Below are positions 55,114-63,604 of a DNA stretch of 64,000 nt, piece by piece. Position numbers and translations under genes: made by a program. The DNA lies in the NCBI GenBank assembly GCA_963713985.1, contig OY970219.1, positions 2,313,700 through 2,377,699 of the forward strand, given 5' to 3'. The notes beneath the pieces were generated by a model, which saw only the letters and a program-made list of their open reading frames with translations, ran no database searches and had not been told where the DNA came from. The stretch is from an uncultured Solirubrobacterales bacterium. GTDB taxonomy: Bacteria; Actinomycetota; Thermoleophilia; Solirubrobacterales; Solirubrobacteraceae. Positions within the stretch are counted from its first letter, which is position 1. Every line of letters begins with the position of its first letter.

Positions 55114-56123
55114 GATCCTCCGCGCATAGAGCGCTCGATCCGAGCGAGCAGCTGCTCGCCGAGCACGTCCTTGGGGATCATCGCGTGGATCGTCCTGGGC
55201 GGGATCGACGTGTACACCGACCCGGTTTGGTCGGCGAACTGGGTGACCCGGAAGGAGACCGCCATGCTGCACAGCGCGTATGCGTCACGTCTGTCCAGGC
55301 CGGCATGCTTGCTCAGCCAATCGATCGCCGTTCGCACGCACCCGGGCAGGGCGCTGTCCAGCGAGCCAGAGAACGCCATCACGATCCAGTGCGTGGGGGT
55401 CTCGACGGTGGGGCCGGCGAGCGCCACCTGCTTGTGCAGGTGGTACTGAACCTTCAGTTCCTCCATGGCGGTCTCGATCGAGGTCTGGTCGACGACGCCG
55501 TCACCCTGAGCGGCGTTCGCATCGCCCGTCCACACGCGAGCTCCGGACTTGAACACGGGCAGAAACAGTGACGTCCCGGCGACGAGCTCCGCCAGGTCGA
55601 GGTTGCCACCATAGGGTCCGGCGAGGATGGCACTGACGGGCTCCCCGCCCTCGGGCTCCACGGCAAAGACGCCCATCGACGGGGCCAGCGGTATGCGGAT
55701 GCCCTCGACGAAGTCGGCGTGCTGACGCTGCTCATCGAAGCGGAAGTAGTGCACGTAGGGTTCCTCGAAGTCGGACGGCAATGCGCCGACCCCGAGCGGG
55801 AAGGAGTTCCATCCCCAGTCGATCGTGCGCAGGCTGAGCATGCTGCACTCGAGCACGTCACCGGGCTCGGCGCCGCGGACCTCCACCGGACCGAGGTTCG
55901 AGTACGGCCCCGAGGGGAACCGGCGCCGCAGCGGCTCGCGATCGGCAAAGGACATCCCGAACTTCGCCTGGTTGCCCCACTGGGTCCAGGTGTTCGGGTA
56001 GGACACGATGTCGCCGGCGTCGATCGTCAGGGCCGCGGGGCGTGAAGGGTCCAGCACGCCGGAGCTGACCGACGCGGGCGTCGACTCGAGTATGTGCGTT
56101 GTGGGCTTCGTGATCTCGCTCAT
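55110..56123 (-). CDS. Acetamidase/formamidase family protein
   Basis: GPVEVRGAEPGDVLE, GWNSF, GPYGGNLD, LFLPVF, GDANAAQGDGVVDQTSIET. Confidence 0.85.
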   Translation of the reverse strand: MSEITKPTTHILESTPASVSSGVLDPSRPAALTIDAGDIVSYPNTWTQWGNQAKFGMSFADREPLRRRFPSGPYSNLGPVEVRGAEPGDVLECSMLSLRTIDWGWNSFPLGVGALPSDFEEPYVHYFRFDEQRQHADFVEGIRIPLAPSMGVFAVEPEGGEPVSAILAGPYGGNLDLAELVAGTSLFLPVFKSGARVWTGDANAAQGDGVVDQTSIETAMEELKVQYHLHKQVALAGPTVETPTHWIVMAFSGSLDSALPGCVRTAIDWLSKHAGLDRRDAYALCSMAVSFRVTQFADQTGSVYTSIPPRTIHAMIPKDVLGEQLLARIERSMRGGS

Positions 56124-56947
56124 CAGGTCTGCAGCCAGGCCAGCAGGTCTGCGTTGATCGTCTCTGCCTGGGTGGTCGGCATGCCGTGCGGGAATCCCTC
56201 GTAGGACTTCAGCGTCCCGTTCTGCACGAGCGCCGCGGACAATGGTCCGGAGTCGGCGTAGGGAACGATCTGGTCGTCTTCGCCGTGCTGCACGAGGACC
56301 GGCACCGTGATCCCCTCGAGGTCCTCGGTGAAATCGGTCTGGGAGAAGGCCACGATGCCGTCGTAGTGCGCCTTCGCTCCGCCCGTCATTCCCTGGCGCC
56401 ACCAGTTCTCGATGATCGCCTCCGAGGATTCCACGCCGGTCCGGTTGAAGCCGTAGAAGGGCCCTGAGGGCAGCGCCCGGTAGAACACGGAGCGGTTGGC
56501 GGCGAGTTCGGCCTGGAGGCCGTCGAACACGCTCTTCGGCAGCCCGCCGGGGTTGGCCTCGGTCTGCACCATCAGCGGCGGCACCGAACTGATCAGTACC
56601 GCCCTCGCCACACGGTCCTCGCCGTGGCGGGCGATGTAGCGCACGACCTCCCCGCCACCGGTTGAGTGCCCGACGTGGATCGCGTCCTTGAGATCGAGAT
56701 GGGCGGTCACCGCCGCCAGGTCGTCGGCGTAGTGGTCCATGTCGTGACCGCCGCTGGTCTGCGTGGAGCGTCCGTGGCCGCGCCGGTCATGGGCGACGAC
56801 GCGGTAGCCGTGCGCCAGGAAGAACAGCATCTGGGTGTCCCAGTCGTCTGCCGATAGCGGCCAGCCGTGGCTGAAGACGATCGGCTGTCCCGAACCCCAG
56901 TCCTTGTAGAAGATCTCCGTGCCGTCCTGAGTGGTGATCGTGCCCAT
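56123..56947 (-). CDS. cpo: Non-heme chloroperoxidase-type alpha/beta hydrolase
   Basis: [60 protein letters not shown]. Confidence 0.93.
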   Translation of the reverse strand: MGTITTQDGTEIFYKDWGSGQPIVFSHGWPLSADDWDTQMLFFLAHGYRVVAHDRRGHGRSTQTSGGHDMDHYADDLAAVTAHLDLKDAIHVGHSTGGGEVVRYIARHGEDRVARAVLISSVPPLMVQTEANPGGLPKSVFDGLQAELAANRSVFYRALPSGPFYGFNRTGVESSEAIIENWWRQGMTGGAKAHYDGIVAFSQTDFTEDLEGITVPVLVQHGEDDQIVPYADSGPLSAALVQNGTLKSYEGFPHGMPTTQAETINADLLAWLQT

Positions 56948-57179
56948 TGCCTACTTCCTCCTTTGTTCTCGCCGTTTGAGCTCGCGGATCGCCGGGCGAT
57001 CAGCCTGCTCGGCGGGTGTGAGCTCAGTGTGGATCATCTCTTTGCCGTTCGTGCCGGAACCCGATTTCTTATCTCTGGCCGTCCTCAAGACGGCTCGAGG
57101 TCAGCTCGGATCTTCTGCGACATCGCTTCTGCATCGCTGTGCGTGGCCGTAAGAGGGGGCTGCTGGGCCAAGTAGAGCA

Positions 57180-57400
57180 CTCCGCGAGGGTCTCGCCTCG
57201 ACGATGACCGTTCCTGCGCTCGACTCCTGCAGCGGGGCGTGCTCGGCGAGGAAGTGCTCACCCTCGACGATGTAGCCGCCTGGGACGGGGGCGTCCAAGA
57301 GCCCTGACCCCGTTTTCAGACCGTCTTGATGCAGACAGATGTTGCAGTCGGACCGGTGGTAATACGGACCGATCTCCACGGAACCTTCGCCGCTTGTGGG
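57180..57400 (-). pseudogene. HIT-family-like gene fragment
   Basis: DCNICLHQDG...PVPGGYIVEGEHFLAEHAP...AGTVIVEAR, joined directly to the truncated hydrolase with no start codon. Confidence 0.4.
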
Positions 57401-57405
57401 CGCCT

Positions 57406-58312
57406 GTGCCCGCACTCGGGCACCACCACCCGTGTAGCCCGCGGTATGTCGTGAGCCGCCGCGGCTGAGAGCTCCACGAAGTCGCCCAGCCGGGCAGCCT
57501 CCTTCGGCGGGGCGTATTGGCCCAGCGGCACCACGTGATCCTCGGCTCCGACAATCAGCAATGTCGGAGGCTTGATGAGGTGGTACTCGTAGCGGACGGG
57601 CTGCTGGTAGATCATCTGGAAGGTGAGCGCGGCGGCGCGCGCCCATTTGGGATAATCCGGGCTGAGGGTGACCCGGACAAGTACGTCCGCGAGTGGTTCG
57701 TAAATGGCGGGGTCGGGGTGCACGAAATATCCGGCGACGTATGCCCGGATGACCGCCGGGTCCCGTCCAGTTCAGCTCGTGCTCATAGAGCGTCTCCTCG
57801 GATTGGGGCGGAATCCCGATGCGGTAATCAGCCAAGCCGAGCGAATCCTCCAGCACGAGGTGCGTGACGCGGTCAGGGTTCATCAGCGTGAAACGGGTTG
57901 CCGTCATGCCACCGGTCGAGTGGCCGAGGACGGCTACCTTCCCGACGCCGAGGTGATCGAGCAGGGCCGCGGTGTTGGCGGCAAAGAGGTGGAAGCTGTA
58001 GTGGATCTCCGGCTTCGGAGACTTGCCCCAGCCGATCTGGTCCGGGACGACTACCCGGTAGCCGGCTGCGGTGAGCGCCTCGATGACGTGCTCGAAGTAG
58101 TAGCCGCCGAAGGCCTTGCCGTGCATCAGGACGACTGTCTTACCGTTCGGCTTCGATTCCGGCGGCACATCCATATATGCCATGGCCAGCGTCTGCAGGT
58201 CGTTCTGCACGTGCATGAATCTCACGGGGTGCGGGTAGGCGTACTCCTCGAAGCAGATTCCGAGGGCCGGGAGTTCGTTCTCGCTCCGGCCGGTCGTCGC
58301 GTCGTCGGTCAT
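57406..58312 (-). pseudogene. Alpha/beta hydrolase, frameshifted and 3'-truncated
   Basis: VLMHGKAF, VPDQIGWGKS, GHSTGG in one frame; an extra G near 57763 (NWT-g-DPAVIRAYV) shifts to HPDPAIYEP...PTLLIVGAED...PECGH, then homology stops. Confidence 0.8.
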
Positions 58313-58324
58313 CGGTGGTCCTTC

Positions 58325-58790
58325 CTACGCGAGCAGGGCATTGTCGGTGATCGTGTCGATGACGTCATCGATGTACGGCGGAAGGCTCAGCGCGTGACGA
58401 TCAACGACCGCATCGAGCAGCGCCGGACCGGGCGTCGCCGGGAGCTGCTCGACTGTGTCTCGCACGTCGGCGGGCTTCTCGAGTCGCAGTCCGGTAATGC
58501 CGATCGCCTCGGCGACCTTGGCGAAGTCCGGGTCAGGGTTGGTCATTGACGTGCCAAACGGCTCGAGTCCGGCCTCCATCTGCTCTATGTGGACGAAGTC
58601 CAGCGCCGAGTGATCGTAAACAACGACGGGGAGCTGCGCTCGGCGATCGTCAACAACTCGCCCATCAGCATCGCCATGCCGCCATCGCCGCAAATCGCGA
58701 TCGCCTAGCGTTGAGGATCCGAAATAGCGACACCCATCGCTTGCGGCATCGCGTTGGCCATAGACGCTCAACTGAACGACCCGATGATGT
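58325..58790 (-). pseudogene. Pyruvate oxidase (PoxB-like, TPP-binding) C-terminal fragment
   Basis: GSFS*ASMANAMPQA...QR*AIAICGDGGMAMLMGELLT then QLPVVVYDHSALDFV...PDFAKVAEAIG...PGPALLDAVVD; internal stops and a frameshift. Confidence 0.8.
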
Positions 58791-59002
58791 CGCTCCGTGC
58801 GAATAGCGAGCGTCCGGCGAACTTCGCTCCAGACGCCCGCTCGGGACGAGCTCGGGGTCTGGAGCCGCGGTCAGGCGCGCGCTTCCACTTCGCCCGGCGC
58901 AAGCGCGCGTGTGCCGGCCCTCGTTCGAACGCGCTGAAGGTCGTCCGGAGCGACACTGAGCGCCATCGCTATCCGTGCGTCTGCTTGCTCGTGAAAGCGG
59001 TA

Positions 59003-59206
59003 CTAAGGCTCGTGCGCGTAGCGCTCGCGCATCCGCTCACGGATATCGGAGGAGTCGGCGCCCTTGCCGGCGGAGCATTTACAGTCCTCGCTGTGGCTTG
59101 GGTCGCAGCACTCGGCCTTGGCGTTGGGTTCGCAGCAGGTCGCCTGCGCCTCGGGTGCGCAACAGGCGCTCGCGGTCGTCTCAGTGGTGGTGGTCAGCTC
59201 AGCCAT
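59003..59206 (-). pseudogene. Truncated arsenite methyltransferase (ArsM)-like N-terminus with Cys-rich leader
   Basis: ACCAPEAQATCCEPNAKAECCDPSHSEDCKCS...DIRERMRERYA then stop; overlaps the arsR 3' end. Confidence 0.65.
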
Positions 59207-59547
59207 GCCGATAGCTCCTCCAGGGCGTCGGGGATCACGTAGTAGTAGGCCCACAGTCCTTGGCGCTCGGAGTTCACGATCCCGGCGTCGCGGAGCTTCT
59301 TCAGATGGTGGGAGAGCGTTGGCTGTGAGATGTCGAACAGCGGCACCAGCTCGCAGACGCAGACCCTGCCGGCGTGCTTGCGCAGCACGTCCACGAGCTG
59401 CAGGCGGATCGGGTCGCCGAGGGCCTTGGCGACCTCGGCCATCCGCAGTGCTTCCTCGCGTTGCACTTCGGGGTAGACGACGGGCTCGCAGCAAGGCGAG
59501 CCGTTGGCGCGCTTCTGCTTGGGGGATAGCTCCAAATCGACAGGCAT
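59194..59547 (-). CDS. arsR: ArsR family arsenic-responsive repressor
   Basis: PCCEP, AKALGDPIRLQL, VCVCELV, ISQPTLSHHLKKLRDAG, ERQGLWAYY. Confidence 0.92.
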   Translation of the reverse strand: MPVDLELSPKQKRANGSPCCEPVVYPEVQREEALRMAEVAKALGDPIRLQLVDVLRKHAGRVCVCELVPLFDISQPTLSHHLKKLRDAGIVNSERQGLWAYYYVIPDALEELSAWLS

Positions 59548-59602
59548 CGATCTACTTATATCAATAACACTCACGACTGTCGATGTAATACGATCGGCCG
59601 CG

Positions 59603-60325
59603 ATGAACACGCCTCCGATCGCTCGCCGTCTGCTCGCCGAGCTGTTGGGCTCTGCGTTCCTCGCCGCTGTCGTGATCGGCTCGGGCATCGCGGCGCAGAC
59701 GCTCTCCCCGAACGAGGTTGGCCTGGAGCTGTTCGAGAACGCCGCCGCGACGGCCGCAGGGCTTTACACGATCATCCTCATGTTCGGCCCTGTGTCCGGC
59801 GGGCACTTCAACCCGGTTGTTTCGCTCGCCGACGCGAGCTTTGGCGGCATCCGCTGGCGTGAGGCAATCTTCTATATCCCCGCTCAGGTAGCCGGATGCG
59901 TGCTCGGCGCCGTAGTCGCGAACGGCATGTTCTCGCTGGCCGCCATCAGCATCTCCACGCATCACCGGGCCTCGCCCGCGCACCTGTTCTCCGAGATGAT
60001 CGCCACCGCAGGGCTGCTGCTCGTGATCTTCTCGCTCGCACGCACCAAACACGCAAACACGATTCCCGCCGCGGTCGGCGCATACATCGGCGCCGCCTAC
60101 TTCTTCACCAGCTCAGCCAGCTTCGCCAACCCGGCGATCACCGCTGGGCGCACGTTCTCCAACACGTTCGCCGGGATCGCCCCCGCATCCGTGCCCGGGT
60201 ACGTGATCGCGCAGCTCCTCGGGGGCTTAGCGGCGCTCGCATTGCTGCGAGTCCTCTACCCCGACGTGACAGCGGCCGAGGCAGAAGAGATCCTCCTGCC
60301 ACACCACCAGGAGCTCACCGGCTGA
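59603..60325 (+). CDS. MIP-family arsenite channel (AqpS-like)
   Basis: AELLGSAFL, GPVSGGHFNPVVS, AYFFTSSASFANPAIT; coupled to arsC. Confidence 0.88.
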   Translation: MNTPPIARRLLAELLGSAFLAAVVIGSGIAAQTLSPNEVGLELFENAAATAAGLYTIILMFGPVSGGHFNPVVSLADASFGGIRWREAIFYIPAQVAGCVLGAVVANGMFSLAAISISTHHRASPAHLFSEMIATAGLLLVIFSLARTKHANTIPAAVGAYIGAAYFFTSSASFANPAITAGRTFSNTFAGIAPASVPGYVIAQLLGGLAALALLRVLYPDVTAAEAEEILLPHHQELTG

Positions 60326-60723
60326 TGGCGAGCGTCCTGTTCGTGTGCCTGCACAACGCCGGGCGCTCGCAGATGAGTCAAGCGCTGTTCGAGCGCGCGG
60401 CAGATGGACGCCACACCGCTCTCTCCGCCGGCACCACCCCGGCCGAGCACGTCCATCCCGAGGTCATCGAGGTAATGCGTGAGCTCGGCATCGACCTGGC
60501 CGGCCGGAGCCCACAACTGCTCACCCGCGAGCTTGCCGAGCAGGCCGACGTGGTCGTGACGATGGGCTGCGGCGATGCCTGCCCCTACATCCCCGGCGAG
60601 CGCTACATCGACTGGGACATCCCCGACCCCAAGGGCCGTCCGCTCGCCGAGGTCCGCGCTACCCGCGACGACATCGCGCGACGGGTCACAGCACTAGCGG
60701 CCGCACTCGACACAGGGTCGTAG
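60325..60723 (+). CDS. arsC: Arsenate reductase (LMW-PTP fold)
   Basis: VLFVCLHNAGRSQMS, SAGT, VTMGCGDACP, DWDIPDPKG, RDDIARRV. Confidence 0.93.
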   Translation: MASVLFVCLHNAGRSQMSQALFERAADGRHTALSAGTTPAEHVHPEVIEVMRELGIDLAGRSPQLLTRELAEQADVVVTMGCGDACPYIPGERYIDWDIPDPKGRPLAEVRATRDDIARRVTALAAALDTGS

Positions 60724-60747
60724 TCCGCAACCCACAGGCCCCCTGGC

Positions 60748-61095
60748 ATGAGCGGCCTTACTTGCGATCCAGCGGACGCCCATGTGTGCGCACTGGTCGT
60801 GGCCGCGCACGCCGACTACCTCTTTACGCACGACCGCGGCTACCTGCGTGACGGTCTCAGCCGCCACGGGGTACAGGTCCTCGCTCCGGATGAGTTCCTC
60901 GCCGACGTGCTGGATTCCGAGACCCGTGGGGTGCTCGAGATCCTGGGGCTGCAGGCAGACACCTGGGCCGGCGGGCGTGCGATCGGGGAGCTGCTCGACG
61001 CTCTCGAGCGCGCTGGCGCGGCGACCTTCGCGTGCAAGGCGCGCGAACTCATCGGAGCGCCGAATGGACCTAATCGGAGTTCTATCGAACCATGA
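60748..61095 (+). pseudogene. C-terminal fragment of a PIN-domain protein
   Basis: DPADAHVCALVVAAHADYLFTHDRG...VLAPDEFL; lacks the N-terminal PIN strand and runs into the downstream repeat. Confidence 0.65.
61063..61092. other. tRNA-3'-end-like putative att site, copy 1
   Basis: AATGGACCTAATCGGAGTTCTATCGAACCA; reverse complement contains GGTTCGAT-AGAAC-TCCGAT-TAGGTCC-A. Confidence 0.5.
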
Positions 61096-61403
61096 TCTAC
61101 AGGGGTCGTTGGGCCGTTTGGTCAAGACTGGCCGTCGTGCGGGCCAGCGGCGAGCCTCGACGGCAGGCTGTGGCTTGCCGGCAACGGCCTCGCCGACCAG
61201 GCTGGGTGTTGAAGGCTGTCGTCCAAGTGCTCGGCGATCGGTGCGAACCGATGCGAGCCAAGGACATCCATGCGGCCGTTGAGGCGTCGCTGGGGGCGCC
61301 GGTGGCGTGGTCTTCGGTCGAGGCTACCCTGGCTGCCAACGTCTCGGGTACCTCGCCCCGCTTCGTGCGAGTGGCGAGAGGCCGGTACGTGCTGGCGGGC
61401 TGA
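61064..61403 (+). pseudogene. Winged-helix (HARE-HTH-like) ORF, copy 1, frameshifted
   Basis: 340 nt versus 342 nt in copy 2; a 2-nt deletion near 61125 separates MDLIGVLSNHDLQGSLGRL from ...RPGWVLKAVVQVL...RFVRVARGRY. Confidence 0.8.
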
Positions 61404-61516
61404 CAGCGAGCCATTGAATCGGCCGAAGCGTCGATATGGACGTGTTTGGTTGTGGTGGGCCACTGTTGATCGCCTATGCGGGCTTGGGGTCCGGGGCTTG
61501 CCGTACCATCTTTTGC

Positions 61517-61768
61517 GTGTTGACTGTCGCTGAGGCTGCTGATCGGCTGGGTAGGAACCCCGAGACTGTCCGCCGGTGGATTCGGTCGGGGCGTCTGCCG
61601 GCGCGACGCGTCGGCGCCCGACACGCGATCGATGACCGCGACCTGCGCGTGATCGAGGACGAGCTGCACCCGATGTCAGAGCTGCCCGAGGCGTGGCGCG
61701 TCGGGGATGACGGCACCCCGGCGCTCAATTGGGTCGCCGCGCTTCATCGCTCACGCAGCGGCCATTGA
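61517..61768 (+). CDS. Excisionase-type HTH (HTH_17) antitoxin
   Basis: LTVAEAADRLGRNPETVRRWIRSGRLPARRVG; GTG lies 7 nt after TACCAT; stop overlaps the PIN start (TTGA). Confidence 0.85.
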   Translation: MLTVAEAADRLGRNPETVRRWIRSGRLPARRVGARHAIDDRDLRVIEDELHPMSELPEAWRVGDDGTPALNWVAALHRSRSGH

Positions 61769-62166
61769 CGAAGATTCTGGTTGTTGACGCGTCGGTGGCG
61801 GTCGCCGCGTGCCATACGCCTGTCGGCTTCGCCAGCCTGCGCGGGCACAAGCTCCTCGCACCGCCGCTCATGGTCACGGAGGCGAGTTCGGCGCTGCACG
61901 AGATGGCCTGGCGGAGAGAGATCACCAAGCCTCGCGCCAAGACGATGCTGGAGCGCCTTCTCAAGGCTCCGGTGGAGATCCGCACGCCCGATGGTCTGGT
62001 TCAGGCTGCGTGGAACGTCGCCGACGAACTTGGGTGGGCGAAGACCTACGACGCTCATTACGTCGCGCTCGCGCGGCTGCTGAAGTGCCGGCTGGTCACG
62101 ATCGACGAGCGACTGCTCCGAGGAGTCGCCCGGCTGAAGATCGCCGTGAGACCCCGCGAACTCTGA
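61765..62166 (+). CDS. vapC: PIN-domain toxin (VapC)
   Basis: LVVDASVAV, APPLMVTEA, TYDAHYVALA, LVTIDERL. Confidence 0.9.
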   Translation: MTKILVVDASVAVAACHTPVGFASLRGHKLLAPPLMVTEASSALHEMAWRREITKPRAKTMLERLLKAPVEIRTPDGLVQAAWNVADELGWAKTYDAHYVALARLLKCRLVTIDERLLRGVARLKIAVRPREL

Positions 62167-62195
62167 TTCTCCGAGCCCGCGGCTACGGTTATGCG

Positions 62196-63179
62196 ATGGT
62201 GGCTTCCCGATCGACCCCGCCCGCGCTCAAGGAGCAGCTTCGGGAGGAAGCGAGTGGCAAGTGTGCAAACCCCGGTTGCCCGACGCAGCGGACCCACATC
62301 CACCACATCGCTGAATGGGCCGTTTACGAAACGCATGACGGCGACGACATGGTCGCCGTCTGTCCGACTTGTCACGACGCGATTCATCACGGAAAGCTTC
62401 CGATCGACGATGAGACGATCCGTCGCTGGAAGGCGATACCGCGGAGCGGTGGGGTTCAGCGAGCCCACTTGTACGTCGAGCCTCCCGAGAGCGAGTGGCC
62501 GACGTTCCTCTTCGGTCAGATCGCGATTACTGGGGCAAGCGGCGTGACGGTGTTCGACATCGGATCCTCTGCCCACCTCGGTTTCGAACTCGCTGACGGC
62601 GAGTTGATGCTCACGGACCTAGCGGTCGCCACACGAGACGGGGAAGAGATTCTCCGAGTCGTGGCCAACCACATGCGATACCCACCCAAAGCTGGCGTCG
62701 AGTTCGAGGCACAGCCCGGGCACATCCGCGCGACGGCGCCCGTTACCGAGAGATTCCTGCCAGCGGGCGCGATCGAGCACCTGCGTGTTGGCGAGCCCGG
62801 CTTCGCGCAGGACGGGAGGTTGGTCTTGCTGGACCTTGAGGTGGTTGAGCCTGGGCGCGTGCGTGTGCAAGGGATCTGGAGCGGCCCAGGGGGTGCGGTT
62901 ATTGCCACCACCAGGGCCCTGTATTTGGTTTGTCGGACCCGAGATGATCGTCGTGGCCTTGCGGGGGGACAAGGGAGCCGAGTTGTTCCATGCCGGGCTT
63001 GCCACGACTCCACTCTTCGGGTTCGGCGGTGCGCCGGCCATGATTTGTGCCCGACCGCATGTCGAGCCAATGGACCTAATCGGAGTTCTATCGAACCACG
63101 ATCTACAGGGGTCGTTGGGCCGTCTGGCCGAGAAACTGGCCGCTGTAAGGGCCAGCGGCGGGCCTCGGCGGCAGCCTGA
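62196..63179 (+). CDS. HNH endonuclease with uncharacterised C-terminal domain; probable frameshift near 62920
   Basis: CANPGC...HIHHIAEW...DMVAVCPTCHDAIH; after ...ATTRAL the coding-like sequence continues in another frame (IWFVGPEMIVVALRG...PLFGFGG). Confidence 0.75.
   Translation: MVASRSTPPALKEQLREEASGKCANPGCPTQRTHIHHIAEWAVYETHDGDDMVAVCPTCHDAIHHGKLPIDDETIRRWKAIPRSGGVQRAHLYVEPPESEWPTFLFGQIAITGASGVTVFDIGSSAHLGFELADGELMLTDLAVATRDGEEILRVVANHMRYPPKAGVEFEAQPGHIRATAPVTERFLPAGAIEHLRVGEPGFAQDGRLVLLDLEVVEPGRVRVQGIWSGPGGAVIATTRALYLVCRTRDDRRGLAGGQGSRVVPCRACHDSTLRVRRCAGHDLCPTACRANGPNRSSIEPRSTGVVGPSGRETGRCKGQRRASAAA
63069..63098. other. tRNA-3'-end-like putative att site, copy 2
   Basis: 30 of 30 nt identical to 61063-61092. 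Confidence 0.5.
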
Positions 63180-63411
63180 GAGCCGTCGGCAGCGGTTTCG
63201 CCGGCCGGGCTGGGTGCTGAAGGCCGTCGCCCAAGTGCTCGGCAACCGGGGCGAACCGATGCGAGTCAAGGACATCCATGCCGCCGTTGAGAGGTCGCTG
63301 GGGACGCCGGTGGCGCGGTCTTCGGTCAAGGCTTGCCTGGCTGCCAACGTCTCGGGTACATTGCCCCGCTTCGTGCGACTGGCGAGAGGCCGGTACATGC
63401 TGGCGGGCTGA
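63070..63411 (+). CDS. Winged-helix (HARE-HTH-like) protein, copy 2, intact
   Basis: MDLIGVLSNHDLQGSLGRL...RPGWVLKAVAQVLGNRGEPMRVKDIHAAVE...SSVKACLA...RFVRLARGRYML. Confidence 0.75.
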   Translation: MDLIGVLSNHDLQGSLGRLAEKLAAVRASGGPRRQPESRRQRFRRPGWVLKAVAQVLGNRGEPMRVKDIHAAVERSLGTPVARSSVKACLAANVSGTLPRFVRLARGRYMLAG

Positions 63412-63604
63412 TGGTGCCACTCGGCGAAAGTTCGTTGACTGATCCCCATAGGAGTTCCGCCATGACGTCCAAAAAGCTCGCAGCTCCGAGCGCTCCCCCA
63501 GTCGGCAGCGGGGGCGCAGTGCGCCTCGGCTTCGCACTGGTAGGCCGGGTTCCGACTTCTGGTGCATTAGCCATCTTTTGTCGGCGGCCGATCGGGATGG
63601 GGCA

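Noticed and set aside
61063-63098. Intact tRNA genes at the att-like sites
   Set aside because: Only about 14-28 nt resemble a tRNA 3' end; no D-arm or anticodon arm can be folded.
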